In this document: piece after piece, positions 11,927-23,480 of the stretch
Numbering within the stretch: the first letter of the stretch is position 1
Layout of the letters: each line of letters starts with the position of its first letter
Assembly (NCBI RefSeq): GCF_000281045.1
Contig: NW_008246075.1
Span: forward strand, 839,344 to 903,343
Reading direction: 5' to 3'
Source: Saprolegnia diclina VS20
Lineage: Eukaryota
Length of the DNA stretch: 64,000 nt
The notes under the pieces: generated by a model
Seen by the model: only the letters and a program-made list of their open reading frames with translations
The model's database searches: none
Told to the model about the DNA's origin: nothing
Position numbers and translations under genes: made by a program

Positions 11927-13513
11927 ATGGCCGACTGCCTGACGCGCCACTGGACCGTGACGCAGCCGATCAAGTCGCCCGCGCAGCTCGAGGCCGAGCA
12001 GTACCTCTTCTGCCTTCCCTGGTTCAACGACCAGTACTTTGTGTGGCGCGCGATTCGCTTCAACCGCTGGTATCTCTTTGCGGCGTCGTTCCTCTGTCAG
12101 TTTTGCTGCGGCTCGGTGTACGCGTGGTCCATCTACAACACGCCCATGGACACGTACCTTTTTGGCAATGGCGCCGACGGCCGGTCGCCCTACACGTTTT
12201 ACATTGCGATCGGGACGCTCGGGAGCACGGCCGCGGTCTTAGGGCCGTGGCTCGAGCGCCATGGGCCGCGCCGGGGAATGTTTCTCGGTGCGACCATGTT
12301 CTTTCTTGGCCACCTCACGACGGCCGTCGCGCTCTACTACAAGTCGATCGTTGGTGTCTACGTTGGCTACGGCCTCATCGGTGGCTTTGGTATTGGCATC
12401 AACTACATCTCGCCCGTCTCGGCGCTTCAGAAATGGTTTCCGGACATGCGCGGGACGGCGGCCGGGTTTGCGGTTGCTGGGTTTGGCGCCGGCTCGACGG
12501 TCTGGGGCAAGGTGTACCTCCCGGCGGCCAAGCTCTTTGGTCTTCCCGGCAACTTTGTCGTGCTGGGTGCGATCATGGCGGCGATCATGTACGGCTGCAC
12601 AATCGTGATGCGGACACCGCCACCGGGATTCGAAGTCGCCGGCATCAACGTCCACGGTCTCCGCCAAGACGACGGTATCGCGCCGTATGCCAAGTCTGAA
12701 GACGCCGCGGCCAGGGATGTCCAGGTGCAAACGCAGTATGCGCACGTCAAGGCCATGCAGCTTCGCGACTGTCTGCTCAACATCGACTATGGCTTCATGT
12801 ACGTCATGCTCTTTGGTAACATTGTCTTTGGCCTCGTGCTCCTCGGGCGACTCTCGACGATGGCAACCGGTCTCTTTGGCCAAACCGCCAATGAAGGCAC
12901 GAACGTGGTCGCGATCAACGGCGTCTTCAACTGCGTCGGCCGGCTCTTCTGGCCGCTTGTCTCGGACGTGCTCGTGCGCGGCTTCAAGCTCAACCCGCCG
13001 TTCGCGCGCAAACTGGTCTTTCTCATGACGCTCGGCTTGCAGCTCGTGCTCATCTACTCGATGGAGCTCGTCATTCGGACGAAAAATTACGACGCTTTTC
13101 GCGCCCAGATCTGGCTGCTCACGCTGTGTCTCGGCGGCGGCTTTGGCACGATTCCTGCCTTCCTCACCGACATGTTTGGCGCCTACAACATTGGCGCGGT
13201 CCACGGCGTCATCCTGACCGCGTGGTCGCTTGCGGGGGTCGTCGGTGGCCTCGGGTTCACGTTCTACTACAACACGCTCACGCACGCAAGCCCGCCCGTG
13301 TCGGTCCAAGACGCGTACCTGCGCAACATCCACTGGATCGTACTGATTACGCTGGCTGGGTTTCTCGCTACGTTTTGTGTGCGCTCGCGCGGCGAAGACC
13401 GGTTCGCCGCCGACTGCAAGTATCAATACAGTGTCTGCGGCAAACCCGTGATCCGGATTGGCCGGCAGGCTCGTCACGAAAACACACCCGAGGCCTCGGC
13501 GGTCGTCGCCTAG
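11927..13513 (+). CDS. MFS transporter, oxalate:formate antiporter (OFA)-like
   Basis: About 12 hydrophobic segments. Motifs GSVYAWS, GPWLERHGPR, YISPVSALQKWFPDMRGTAAG, FNCVGRL and GGGFGTIPAFLTDMFG. Intronless. Confidence 0.9.
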   Translation: MADCLTRHWTVTQPIKSPAQLEAEQYLFCLPWFNDQYFVWRAIRFNRWYLFAASFLCQFCCGSVYAWSIYNTPMDTYLFGNGADGRSPYTFYIAIGTLGSTAAVLGPWLERHGPRRGMFLGATMFFLGHLTTAVALYYKSIVGVYVGYGLIGGFGIGINYISPVSALQKWFPDMRGTAAGFAVAGFGAGSTVWGKVYLPAAKLFGLPGNFVVLGAIMAAIMYGCTIVMRTPPPGFEVAGINVHGLRQDDGIAPYAKSEDAAARDVQVQTQYAHVKAMQLRDCLLNIDYGFMYVMLFGNIVFGLVLLGRLSTMATGLFGQTANEGTNVVAINGVFNCVGRLFWPLVSDVLVRGFKLNPPFARKLVFLMTLGLQLVLIYSMELVIRTKNYDAFRAQIWLLTLCLGGGFGTIPAFLTDMFGAYNIGAVHGVILTAWSLAGVVGGLGFTFYYNTLTHASPPVSVQDAYLRNIHWIVLITLAGFLATFCVRSRGEDRFAADCKYQYSVCGKPVIRIGRQARHENTPEASAVVA

Positions 13514-13796
13514 TTTTGATGGCTCTATAACACAATTACGATAAAGGTACTGTACCTGCGATTCGATGCCAGAGTAGTCGTTAAGTAGAGTAGTAGGAAT
13601 GTACGTGCCCTTGTCTGCGCTCTTTCGCCTCCATAAAATATGGCCAGACGCCACGATGTGGCACATTTGGCGCTTCTCGTGCTGTCACGTCATTGGCAAA
13701 TTCACATATGGATATCAGTATCCGTTTCGCCGTGGATATCTCGAGCCAGTGCATATGGGACCGCCGATCTTGCAGGGGCACGTACCATCGCAAGCC

Positions 13797-14198
13797 ATGC
13801 GCCGTCTGCCGAGCCGCCGGGGCAGCAGTAACGCAGCGTGGGTACCCGAAAACGACGACGACACGGCAACGACGCGGTCGTCGTACCCAGCGCCCCACAT
13901 CGTCGAGTCCACGGACGAGCCGAGCGCCGTGTCGCCTGCCTCCATCGTCACCCTTCTACACGCTGCATACACGCATCCGATGGAGCATCTCGGCGTTGTC
14001 TGCGTGCTGTGTCTATGCGTTGTGGGCTTTGTCATGTCGACCAAGGCGCAGTCGGTGGCGCCCGTCGCGTCCGACGCGGGTCTCGCCGATCTCCAGCAGC
14101 ACTCCGTGCTGTCGCTCCTCGTGCACGAAGTGCAGTCGCTACGCACCGAGGTCGGGCACCTCCGGTCGCTTCTCCTCGAGCGCCGCCACGAGCCGTAG
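13797..14198 (+). CDS. Small hypothetical protein with one TM segment and a C-terminal coiled coil
   Basis: Coding-like codon usage, hydrophobic LGVVCVLCLCVVGFVM, and heptad-like LVHEVQSLRTEVGHLRSLL. Start is uncertain. Confidence 0.5.
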   Translation: MRRLPSRRGSSNAAWVPENDDDTATTRSSYPAPHIVESTDEPSAVSPASIVTLLHAAYTHPMEHLGVVCVLCLCVVGFVMSTKAQSVAPVASDAGLADLQQHSVLSLLVHEVQSLRTEVGHLRSLLLERRHEP

Positions 14199-14245
14199 AT
14201 GCACAGTATGTACTAGGGCGTAATATTTTTACAACGTCGCGTCTA

Positions 14246-15603
14246 CTAGGACGGACTCAAACAGGACGATGGTCGATCGTCGCCGCGTGTTGCAGCTCCG
14301 TCGTCGTCGCGGACGCCGACGTCGGCCTCGGGCGCCACGACGCTCCAAAACGTAGCGGATTCGCGGCCGCTCTGGACCACCTCAAAGGTCAGAGGGAACG
14401 CTTCGTACGTCTGCAGGAGGCGCTACACAACCCAAGGCCGCAAATGACAAAGGTAGTGACAGAGACGACGTACCATGGCGGCGCGGCCCGAGGCGACGAG
14501 CGAGTCGGAGACGTCGCGGCCGCACCAGAGCGAGCAGTAGTTGGTGTCCATGGAAAGCACTACAAAGCACGATTCGTGGTGCTCGTCCTGCCACGTCATC
14601 ATGAGCTAAGTTCATGCTAAATTTTGTGGTTGGACGTACGAGGACGGTGGCGACTTCAGGCGAGATCGACACGAGTTGCTGCGGCGTCATGGGACCGATA
14701 ATGAGCGGGTGCGACTCGTCGTCGGCCCCGTCGTCGTCGTCCGAGAACGAAGCTTCGATGCGGAAGATTGTGACCTGCTTCCGCGCCTGCTGTCGCAGCG
14801 AATCCCACTCGTTGAGCTGAAAGATAAAGCCGGCGTTCGGATCGATGACGGGGCGCGATGCCCGGACGCGCTCGAGGGCCGGGTACAAGCCGAGCTGTTC
14901 GCGCGCCATGAGGTACGCGATCGCCATGGTCGGCGACCGCGAAATGCCCTTGACGCAGTGCACAAAGACCTACAAATCCTCCGTAAGTCGGCGACACACC
15001 GAGGTGCGAAGCGGGGACCTTGCCGTTGGCTTCGCGCGCCGCGTCGATAAAGTGAAACACATTGTAGAAATGCCGGTGAATGTCCTGGGTTGCGTGGTCG
15101 CGCAGGCGCAAGTGGTAGTACGAAAAGAGGTGCGGGAAATAGTCGGGCGTGACCGTGCCGGCGCAGTTGATGATGTGCGTGATGCCATGGCCGAGCAGCG
15201 TCTCGTGCTTGGCGGCCACGACCGCGCCGCCCACGTAGAGGAAGTCTGTGACGCGCGAGCACACGTTGGCGTAGTCGATCTTCTTGCCGCTGTGCGTCGG
15301 CGACGGGTGCGGCTCCATGGTCGAGAGATCCAAAAGCAGATTGCCCGGATTCCGCATGCGTGGCCGTGGCTTGGTTAGCGGCTGCTGGGCCACGACCAGC
15401 GGCGCGGCCGCGCCATCGTCGCCACGCTCTGCATCGTTCTCGTTTGCATCGTCGTCGTCGTTCTCGCTGTCGTTGCCGTCGCCGGCGTTAGCATGCGTGT
15501 TCTCCGCATCGCGCTTGCGCGTCTTGCCCTTGACACCGCATGCACAGGCCTCGACAGGAAGCGGGCCCTCGTTGGCCGTAGTGTGCTTGCGCTTCATCTC
15601 CAT
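14246..15603 (-). CDS. Dual-specificity (MAP kinase) phosphatase with a gelsolin-like C-terminal domain, plant MKP1-like; multi-exon
   Basis: CSRVTDFLYVGG, GITHIINC, active site HCVKGISRS and PNAGFIFQL. Spliced downstream exons give SCFVV..SLWCG and VVQSGRESATFW. The 5' end is uncertain. Confidence 0.85.
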
Positions 15604-16339
15604 CCACGATGCACTTCTCTTCTTCGCGGCCGTCGGCAAGCTTAAAGAATACCCGGCGTATTTTTAGGCGAGGCGTTAAGAAATGCGGCGACGCAATTGG
15701 CTCTTGGCGTTTGTATACTGGAAAAGATATACGACTCGAGACAGTCCCGGGTAACGGGGCGCCAGCGAGACCAGCGAGGCTAGTGAGGCGACGACGACAG
15801 GACTACGCGGCCAAGGACGGGCGCGCCATCGTTCCAGCAGACAGGGTAATAGCAAGCGCAGGCCTGCGAACGGGTCGAGGCTGGTCGGCACGCTACATAT
15901 TTCCATCTGGTCGATCCTGCAGTTCGCCCAAGGATGCGGACAGGCGCCGACGCGGCAAATGGCCCGTAGCGAGCTGCTCTAGCTGCTCAACGAGCCAGAA
16001 GACAGGCGTCGCTCGTGTGTATATGTATCGTGGCCTCGTCCTGGCCATCGCCAGGATCGCCGGCCACAGCTGCCGGCCACGTGGCATCGCATCTGGGCGG
16101 CAGAACCCAAGTGCAATCTGGCACGTCCCACTATGGTCATGACCATCTGCTGCTTGACGACGACCAGTTTCTCTGCAGCGTGCGACGATGATGCGGCAAT
16201 CCGAGCGCTCGCCGTGGCCACACAGCTGGCCCTCACGAGTCCGTGCATGTTGGCGAAGCAGTCATTTTGGGGTCACGCACGATGGAGATGATATTCAGGT
16301 TAAAAGAGGTACAATACAGAGAGAAGGACGGGGCGCTGC

Positions 16340-17980
16340 TTACACGTGGCAGTGGTTCTTGGGCGTCGCGCCGAGGCGGATGATGGGCTTGCCGCAGAGG
16401 CTGTACTGGTAGCCAGGCGCGAAGCGGTCGATCGGGTTGGTGCGCACGCCAAAGAGCGCGACGTAGCCGACAATGACGGTGGCGACGATCCAGTGGATGT
16501 TCTGGATGTACGCTTCGGGGATCGAGACGCCTTGGACCTTGACGAGGTCGTTGTAGTAGAACGTGAACCCGAGACCACCACCGACGCCGGCAATCGACCA
16601 CGCCGTGAGGATAAAGCCGTGGAGCGCGCCAATGTTGTAGGCGCCAAACATGTCGGTGAGGAAGGCCGGAATCGTGCCAAAGCCGCCGCCGTAGCACAAC
16701 GTCAGCACCCAGATCTCGGCGCGGAAGCTGCCATAGTCCAAGTCGCGCATGATGCCAGGCATCGTGAGCAAGATGACCATCTGGATCGTGAGCGTGCAAA
16801 AGAAGATGATTTTGCGTGCGAACGGCGGGTTGAGCTTGAACGTGCGGGCAAGGACGTCCGAGACCATGGGCACGCAGAGGCGGCCGCAGCAGTTGAAGGC
16901 GCCGTTGATCGCAACGACGGTCGCGGCTTCGTCGGGCGTTTGCTTGAAGATCTCGGTCGTCATCGACGAGAGGCGCGAGAGCGCGACGAGGCCAAACACG
17001 ATGTTGCCCGCGAGCATAAAGTACATGAAGAAAAAGTCGGCCGAGAGGAGGCAGTCGATGAGCTTGAGGCTCTTGACGTTCTTGTAGTTGTCCTGGTGGA
17101 GGTCGTGGAACGTCGCCGGCGCGTGCACTTCGCGCCCGTGGGCCTCCGACAGCTCAGTGTACTGCACGTGCACCTCGTCGTGCTTGGGCGACTCGGCTAG
17201 CTTCGAGTCTTCGTGGAGCTTGCTCGACTCTTGAACGCCGTGGATGTCCATACCACCCGCAGTGAAACCCGGCGGCGGCGTGCGCATGACGACCGCGCAG
17301 CAAAACATGACTGTCGACATGAGGACACCGAGGAAGATGAACGAGCCGGGCAGACCAAACGCCTTGGCCGCCGGAAGGTACACCTTGCCCCAGACGATCG
17401 AGCCGGCGCCAAAGCCACCGACCGCAAAGCCAGCCGCCGTTCCGCGCATGTCCGGAAACCACTTCTGCAGCGCCGAGACGGGCGAGATGTAGTTGATGCC
17501 AAGGCCAAAGCCCGTGATGATGCCGTACCCAATGTAGACACCAACGATCGACTTGGACCAGAGCGAGATGGCAGCGATGACGTAGCCGGTGCAAAACATC
17601 GAGACACCGAGGAAGAGGCCGCGGCGCGGCCCGTTGCGCTCGAGCCACGGGCCAAGGACAGCGGCCGTGCTGCCGAGAAGACCGCACGCCATGTAGAAGG
17701 TGTAGACCGCCTTCCCGGCTTTGGCGTCGTTGTAGATGTACGTATCGATCGGGACATTGTAGATGGACCACGAGTAGAGCGAGCCGCAGCAGAACTGACA
17801 GAGGAACGACGCCGCAAAGAGATACCAGCGGTTGAACGCGATCGACTTGAGCGTCAGGAACCGGTTGCCGCAGAGCGGGATGCAGATGAGGTACTTCTCC
17901 GCCTCGATTTCTTCCGGCGTCTTCGGCGGCGGCTCGACCGTCCAGTGACGCTGGAAGCACGCGATGATCGCCGAGCTCAT
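16340..17980 (-). CDS. MFS transporter, OFA-like (paralog of 11927..13513)
   Basis: Same motifs as the first copy, including FNRWYLFAASFLCQFCCGS and YISPVSALQKWFPDMRGTAAGF. Confidence 0.9.
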   Translation of the reverse strand: MSSAIIACFQRHWTVEPPPKTPEEIEAEKYLICIPLCGNRFLTLKSIAFNRWYLFAASFLCQFCCGSLYSWSIYNVPIDTYIYNDAKAGKAVYTFYMACGLLGSTAAVLGPWLERNGPRRGLFLGVSMFCTGYVIAAISLWSKSIVGVYIGYGIITGFGLGINYISPVSALQKWFPDMRGTAAGFAVGGFGAGSIVWGKVYLPAAKAFGLPGSFIFLGVLMSTVMFCCAVVMRTPPPGFTAGGMDIHGVQESSKLHEDSKLAESPKHDEVHVQYTELSEAHGREVHAPATFHDLHQDNYKNVKSLKLIDCLLSADFFFMYFMLAGNIVFGLVALSRLSSMTTEIFKQTPDEAATVVAINGAFNCCGRLCVPMVSDVLARTFKLNPPFARKIIFFCTLTIQMVILLTMPGIMRDLDYGSFRAEIWVLTLCYGGGFGTIPAFLTDMFGAYNIGALHGFILTAWSIAGVGGGLGFTFYYNDLVKVQGVSIPEAYIQNIHWIVATVIVGYVALFGVRTNPIDRFAPGYQYSLCGKPIIRLGATPKNHCHV

Positions 17981-18005
17981 TGTACTTGATGTGCAGAAGC
18001 GAGCC

Positions 18006-18020
18006 AAAAGCAAAATGAGC
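18006..18020 (-). promoter_or_regulatory. Oomycete Inr/FPR-like core promoter
   Basis: GCTCATTTTGCTTTT about 25 nt upstream of the MFS ATG; resembles the oomycete GCTCATTY..WTTY initiator. Confidence 0.55.
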
Positions 18021-19723
18021 TTTCCCGTTGCGGTCGTTGCGGTGGACAAGAAATTACGAGTACGTCGAGTCAGACGACGCGCACCATGTGCTCGACCGTA
18101 ACTTCAACGTTGCCGGCATGCTCGCTGCAGCGCCATTGCCATCTGTCCAGAAGCTTCTGCATCTGTGTCGATTGGGTGCATGATCCGGCGCCTCCCACTC
18201 TGACGTTCTGCAATAGCACGCAGCAATACTGGAGGTCACATCACCGATCCTCCAAGTCGTTGATTTGACACCGGCAAGCCGAACGCGATGCAAATTTAGT
18301 GAGGTTGCCCATCACAGCAACCACCCAAACGCAGCTACTCCTGGTGGGATGTGGTTCATTGGTAGTGTTGGTAGCTTGGGCTAATGGTTGGGCTAGTGGG
18401 ACTTTCGAGATCAGAGAAGTATCGGACATGAGTAGCTTGTGAGTAATCGCAGAGCGTCGTGATCGAAAGCGGCTCTTGCGTCGTCGCGCTGGCGCCTCGA
18501 CAAAGACAAGAGCCGCGCTTGAGGTTGCAAGCAGCTGGAGTGCGCTGCAAAAGAAAGCTGCTTCAACCCGCCTTTCGAGTATAAACGTGGTCGAAACGAC
18601 CACGAGACCCGCTTGGGACGCCATGGTCGGACGATGCATACGCAGATTGCTCCTCCGAGAGAGTCCGTGTCCATCCCATAGATCGCTGGATGGCTGTTGC
18701 CTGCTTCTCGGCCTTGCAAGATACTGTGTTGCGCAAGCACACCAGATGGTGGCCTCTCAGGCGTATCCGGAATGCTCGCTCGTGGCTGGTCTGCGGAGGA
18801 TGAGACGTCGGTGCCAGGGACGCGCGCGCCCTTTTAACTGCAAAGTTTCTAGCGGTGGATCAAACTCCGCTTGCTGTTTCAATCTTTGGTGCAGATGTCG
18901 TCGGACTAAGAATTTCAATCCGAAGGCGCCGACGACGCAGGGGCGGCCGCGTGTGATTGGCTCGTTCGGCGGTCGAGAATGTGGGTCGTGCTTGGGCATT
19001 CAGCCATGTTGAAGTTGGCGCCACCAGTTTGCACATTTGGGTAACAAGGGTCACGGGTCATCCAAGGTCGCAAGGTTGTGCTCAAGATGATGCCACGTCA
19101 ATCGCAGTGCCAGGTAACCGGTACCAATCGATGATGCGTTCGCTCGAAAGATACCTTGTGTAGAGGCAAAATTGTTGAAGGTGCCCAACTCGATCCATCG
19201 ACAAAGTACTACGTGAGGCAAGCTCTCAACGCATCCGACGGCTCCGTTGGCAGGGCTCGTAACACAAATGAGAGCTACTCTATTGCGGGCGGCATCCGAC
19301 CTGCTTCTGAATATGGTGTCGTGTCCGCAAAGCGCCAACTTCAACTTGAAAGCGCCCATATCCGCGTTGCTTGGCGAGCTAGCACTTGCGCGCCGGAAGC
19401 AGCTTCCGATCTTGGCAGCACAGTCGAGCGAAATCTTCCGTTATTACACATCCTACGTATTGACCGACCCACCTCTCCGCTAAAGTGCCTTGTGGGGAGC
19501 GGAGCGATGGCGGTCGTCTTGAGAAGAAAACGCTCGAACAACGTCCGGACGAATGGTGTACACCACGCTGTACGACGCAAGGAGAGCGCAGGTTAGTAGC
19601 TACTCGTGGCAGCATCATCGTTCGACTTTATCGCTGAAAGAACCTCTTGCGAACGCCAGGTTGCGAAATAATTCGGAAAGTTCAAGTTGGCTGCCATATC
19701 AGGCGGTAGGAGGTAGCTGCACT

Positions 19724-19766
19724 CAAGGGTCAATAAACAAGGGTCATTAAACAAGGGTCATTAAAC
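19724..19766. repeat. 14-bp tandem repeat, 3 copies
   Basis: CAAGGGTCAATAAA CAAGGGTCATTAAA CAAGGGTCATTAAA C. Confidence 0.85.
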
Positions 19767-20947
19767 TGTTTATTGATCCTTGCTACACTGCAGCAGTATT
19801 TTCTGAAGTGCTTGACAAAGTGCTATGAGGCGATAGTACCACCGTGTGAACAAGAAGGCTGATAGATGGCGGCTGCAGAAGAAGGACGCCAACCAAGGTG
19901 ACCGTGGTTAAAGCCGCTACCCTCCCGCGTTTTTACTCGCCGCGCTTGGTCCGTCGCCACGACGTCATTCAATGCGCTGTGCTCGATGTTTCGACCTCCG
20001 CACCCATCCATCGTCACGTCATGGCTATATCTCACTAGGGTACCTTTAAACTTTATTTCAAATACGCCTTTTCTACTGTTTTCGACATCAAACCTCCACA
20101 ACCATACCGTACATCCATCGCTTCGAGTCCAGCAGCGTCGACGCCGTGGCACGAGGGGTCACGATGCCCATGTCGTGGTGCTCAGATGGCTTTGCATACC
20201 ACATGGTAGACGCTTGAACCTGGGTCAGCTGGAACCGGCTGTCGACTCGGCTGTCCCAGTAGTAGTACTCGTGCGTTTGTATATTGTGAGGGATTCTGTG
20301 AGCAATTGGTGTTTTGTACAGTTGCCGCCCGAAAATGGATAAAGACGTACCCCCGGGTTCGAAGCGGGGGACAACATTATATACGGTACTTGAGAAATAC
20401 GTTGCCGATTCGGGATAACTCTACAGCAATTAACGCCCTCCCCATTGCAGGCTTCATACAGGATCCGGCCACGTCCATCCTTGCCCATGGCGGCCATGTG
20501 GCAATATAGTTGCGTTCGAACGAGCTCTGTCCCCCCCTTTTTTGTCGGGGCCGGTATACAGTGTTTAGTATAATCGCTACGGGACGGCAGGGCATCAGGC
20601 GTCCTGTGCCAAAAGCATCCGAGCAAAGTTTAGTTAGTAGAGCGTTTGACTGTAGTTGGGTATACGAATTCGGAAAACTCATTCGTTATGTTTATCGCCA
20701 TAGCCGTACGCGAAGACACCCTTCCCTCCTTTGCTTCGCAGCACGACCCGCAGTGACAGTGCCTGCCATGAAGCGATCGTTCCGCCGTGTTCGATGACCG
20801 CTCGGAACGTCCGCCGAACGCTCCTCGTGGCGCGCTTGGTACCTCGTCGGAGGAAGCTCATTGCATCAATTGCTGCGTCTGACGTTGCTCTCTCCACGTA
20901 CATGCATGCCTGGTTTCGTGTTTAATAGAGAGATAGTTGCCAACCTG

Positions 20948-22725
20948 ATGACCTTTGATCCCGAGCTCGACGCAATCTGCGCCTACGTGCAGCGTGCAAT
21001 GACCGCGCACCATCTTCCTGGTCTTGCTGTCGCCCTAGTTCGTGACGGCGACGTCGTTCTCGCCAAGGGGTTTGGCTCGCAAGAGGTATTATACATCTTT
21101 ACATTACAAACCAGTCCGCCAACGGTTCTTTCTAGTACGAGGAGCCGAATATGCCAATTACGTCTTCGACGCTCTTTGAGATTGGGTCAGTGTCCAAGGT
21201 CTTGATAGCTTTGGGCATCGGCGTGCTTGTATACCATCTGTCGGCCACTCTTCCCATTTTAACACGGCGGTAGGTCGACCGTGGTCTTGCGCACTGGAAC
21301 GACCGCGTCCAGTTGCACCTGCCGTGGTTCACGCTACTCGACAAGGATGTTGCGGCGCGGACGACGCTCGCTGACTTGCTGTCGATGCACTCGGTGCTCG
21401 CCTCTCAAGGCGACATTGCTTGGACCTTTGGCGTCTTTTCGACCGAGCGCGCGATCGTCGAGGGTCTTGCGCACCTCGACACGACCAGTGACCAAGCTGG
21501 ATTTGTCTACTCGAACGCCAACTACGAAGTCCTCGGCCAAGTGCTCCAAGCGGTTGCACACGTGCCGTGGTTTACGTTCCTGCGTGACGCGGTGTGGACA
21601 CCGCTCGGCATGCGTGACACCGTCGGACGCATCGGCGACGCCACGACAGACGTGGCGCGCGGGCACATGACGTGTCATGACCACGTGCTCGGTCCATTCG
21701 ACATTGCAACCTCGCCCATGACGGTGCTGCGCCCCGGTGACAACTGCGTGGCCGCCGGTTCGATCCTCTCAACGGCCGCTGATATGGCTAAGCTGACGGG
21801 CTTTCTGCTCTCGGACGGCGCGGCGCTCTTTGCATCGCCTGCAATTCTGACGGCCATCATGACGGGGTGTGTGGAGAACACGCGCATGACTCCGACAAGG
21901 ACGCGCGTCTTGGGCTTTGCGCCGTCGACCGTGCAAGCAGGCTACGGCTTTACAACGATTGGCGACTCATTGGCGTTTGGCAAGGACTATGTCGGCAAGA
22001 ACGGGCTCACGATTGGATTTACGGCAGAGCTCGGCCTCGTGCGCTCGGCCCGCGCCGGAGTATTCGTGGCATCGAACGCTCGGACCATGGGCGGGTCGGC
22101 GGCTGACAGCTCTTTCCTTTCGCGCTTGCATCTGCGACTTCTCGGGTGGTGCTTCGGTGTCGCCGACGACGACCTGGCCAAGCACGACGCCGACGCGATC
22201 GAGGCCGCAGCTGCCTTTCCAGATACGCCAGGCGACGCGCACTACTTTGCTCGCGCGCCGTGGGGCGCTGGAGGTACAAAATGAGTGCTTCTATGGACGA
22301 CATTGTCATGTATACGTGTCGACGCCACGTCATTGGCCATTGAGATGAAGCAGGCGCTGCTGGGGACCTACGAGGCGCGCTCGTCTGCGGCGTTTTTTGG
22401 CCGACTCGAGATTTATCAAGAGGACCTTGCGGCGCCGCTTGCGTCGAGTGCGCTATTGCTGCGCTACGGCACGGTGACAGCGCCGCTAGTGCCCACGACA
22501 GAAGCCAACGTGGTCGTTTGGACGGCGCCGTTTGCAGCACAAACGATGATGTTCACCCTTGCGCTAGCCGACGACGAGACGACGACCTTGACGGGGCTTG
22601 GCATCACGTTTACGCGTGCGCTTATAGACGCACATATGTTTCTCTTGCTCGAACTGGGCCATCAATACAAACGAACGACACACAAACGTTATGTGATTGT
22701 TTCGTTTGAGTGCGTGCAGTTGTAG
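20948..22725 (+). CDS. Serine beta-lactamase-family (AmpC/PBP-like) hydrolase with a DUF3471-like C-terminus; multi-exon, last acceptor anomalous
   Basis: PGLAVALVRDGDVVLAKGFG, FEIGSVSK (SxxK), TLADLLSMHS, YSNANY (YxN), PLGM, AAGSILSTAADMAK and GKNG. Introns near 21086-21135, 21229-21272 and 22274 onward. Confidence 0.85.
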
Positions 22726-23480
22726 CAATCTTTGAGGATCCAGAGCACATTGTGACCAAAAGTCAGGGGCTCGTCCTCCTTTCTTTTTCGGTGCGCCCGC
22801 TCGTGTAGCGATATCGCCCTCTCACGCATGCGGCTCGCCCGGGAAGGGTCCGCCGAGGGCGGAGATAGACCTAAACCTAACCCAACCCTAGGCGACCGTG
22901 CGTAACCCAGAGCTCTTCGTGCCATTGCGCTATTATGATCATTTAATCACCGAAACGTTCGTAAAATCAAATGCGATTCAAAATCTTGCGGCATTTGTGC
23001 TATCTGCGCGTTTGCCCTTATCAGATGTAACACGCGCAAATGACCAGTCACCAAGTGCTTGGCCATGGGCAACCAAGCCGCGTTGGATGGCTCCGCGACC
23101 ACGTCATGTCGGCTTGCACCATGTCCACACTACCCTTGTTGCCGGAAAAGGGTAGTCTGAAGCTCCAGCACCCTGGCCGCGAAAAAGAACGAAGTCGAAC
23201 AATGCAAAGATTAGACAGGGTGCTTTCGACCGAATTTCTCCCAATGAATGGCGTCCATCCTGTCAGTAGTCATCGACCACCCTTGCAAGGTCTGGTTTAC
23301 ACACACTCTTGCCACTCAGCAGTCATCAACGACACACATTCCCATCCGGCAAGTAGTCATCGCGCACTAAAAGTGTGGGATGCAAGGCAAACGAGACACG
23401 CAAAACGACGGTCCACACGTCGTGCAGTCCACACGAGAAGGTTATGAAGTCGGCAACCTCAGCTTCAGTCTCCAGTTTGC

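Noticed and set aside
19724..19766. Direct repeats as a CRISPR-like array
   Set aside because: No spacers, a 14-bp unit and a eukaryotic context.
20350..20372. GGTTCGAA inside a small hairpin, resembling a tRNA T-arm
   Set aside because: No acceptor, D or anticodon arms can be folded around it.
22868..22892. CCTAAACCTAACCCAACCCTAGG telomere-like run (also near 27674)
   Set aside because: Too short and degenerate to call an interstitial telomere.
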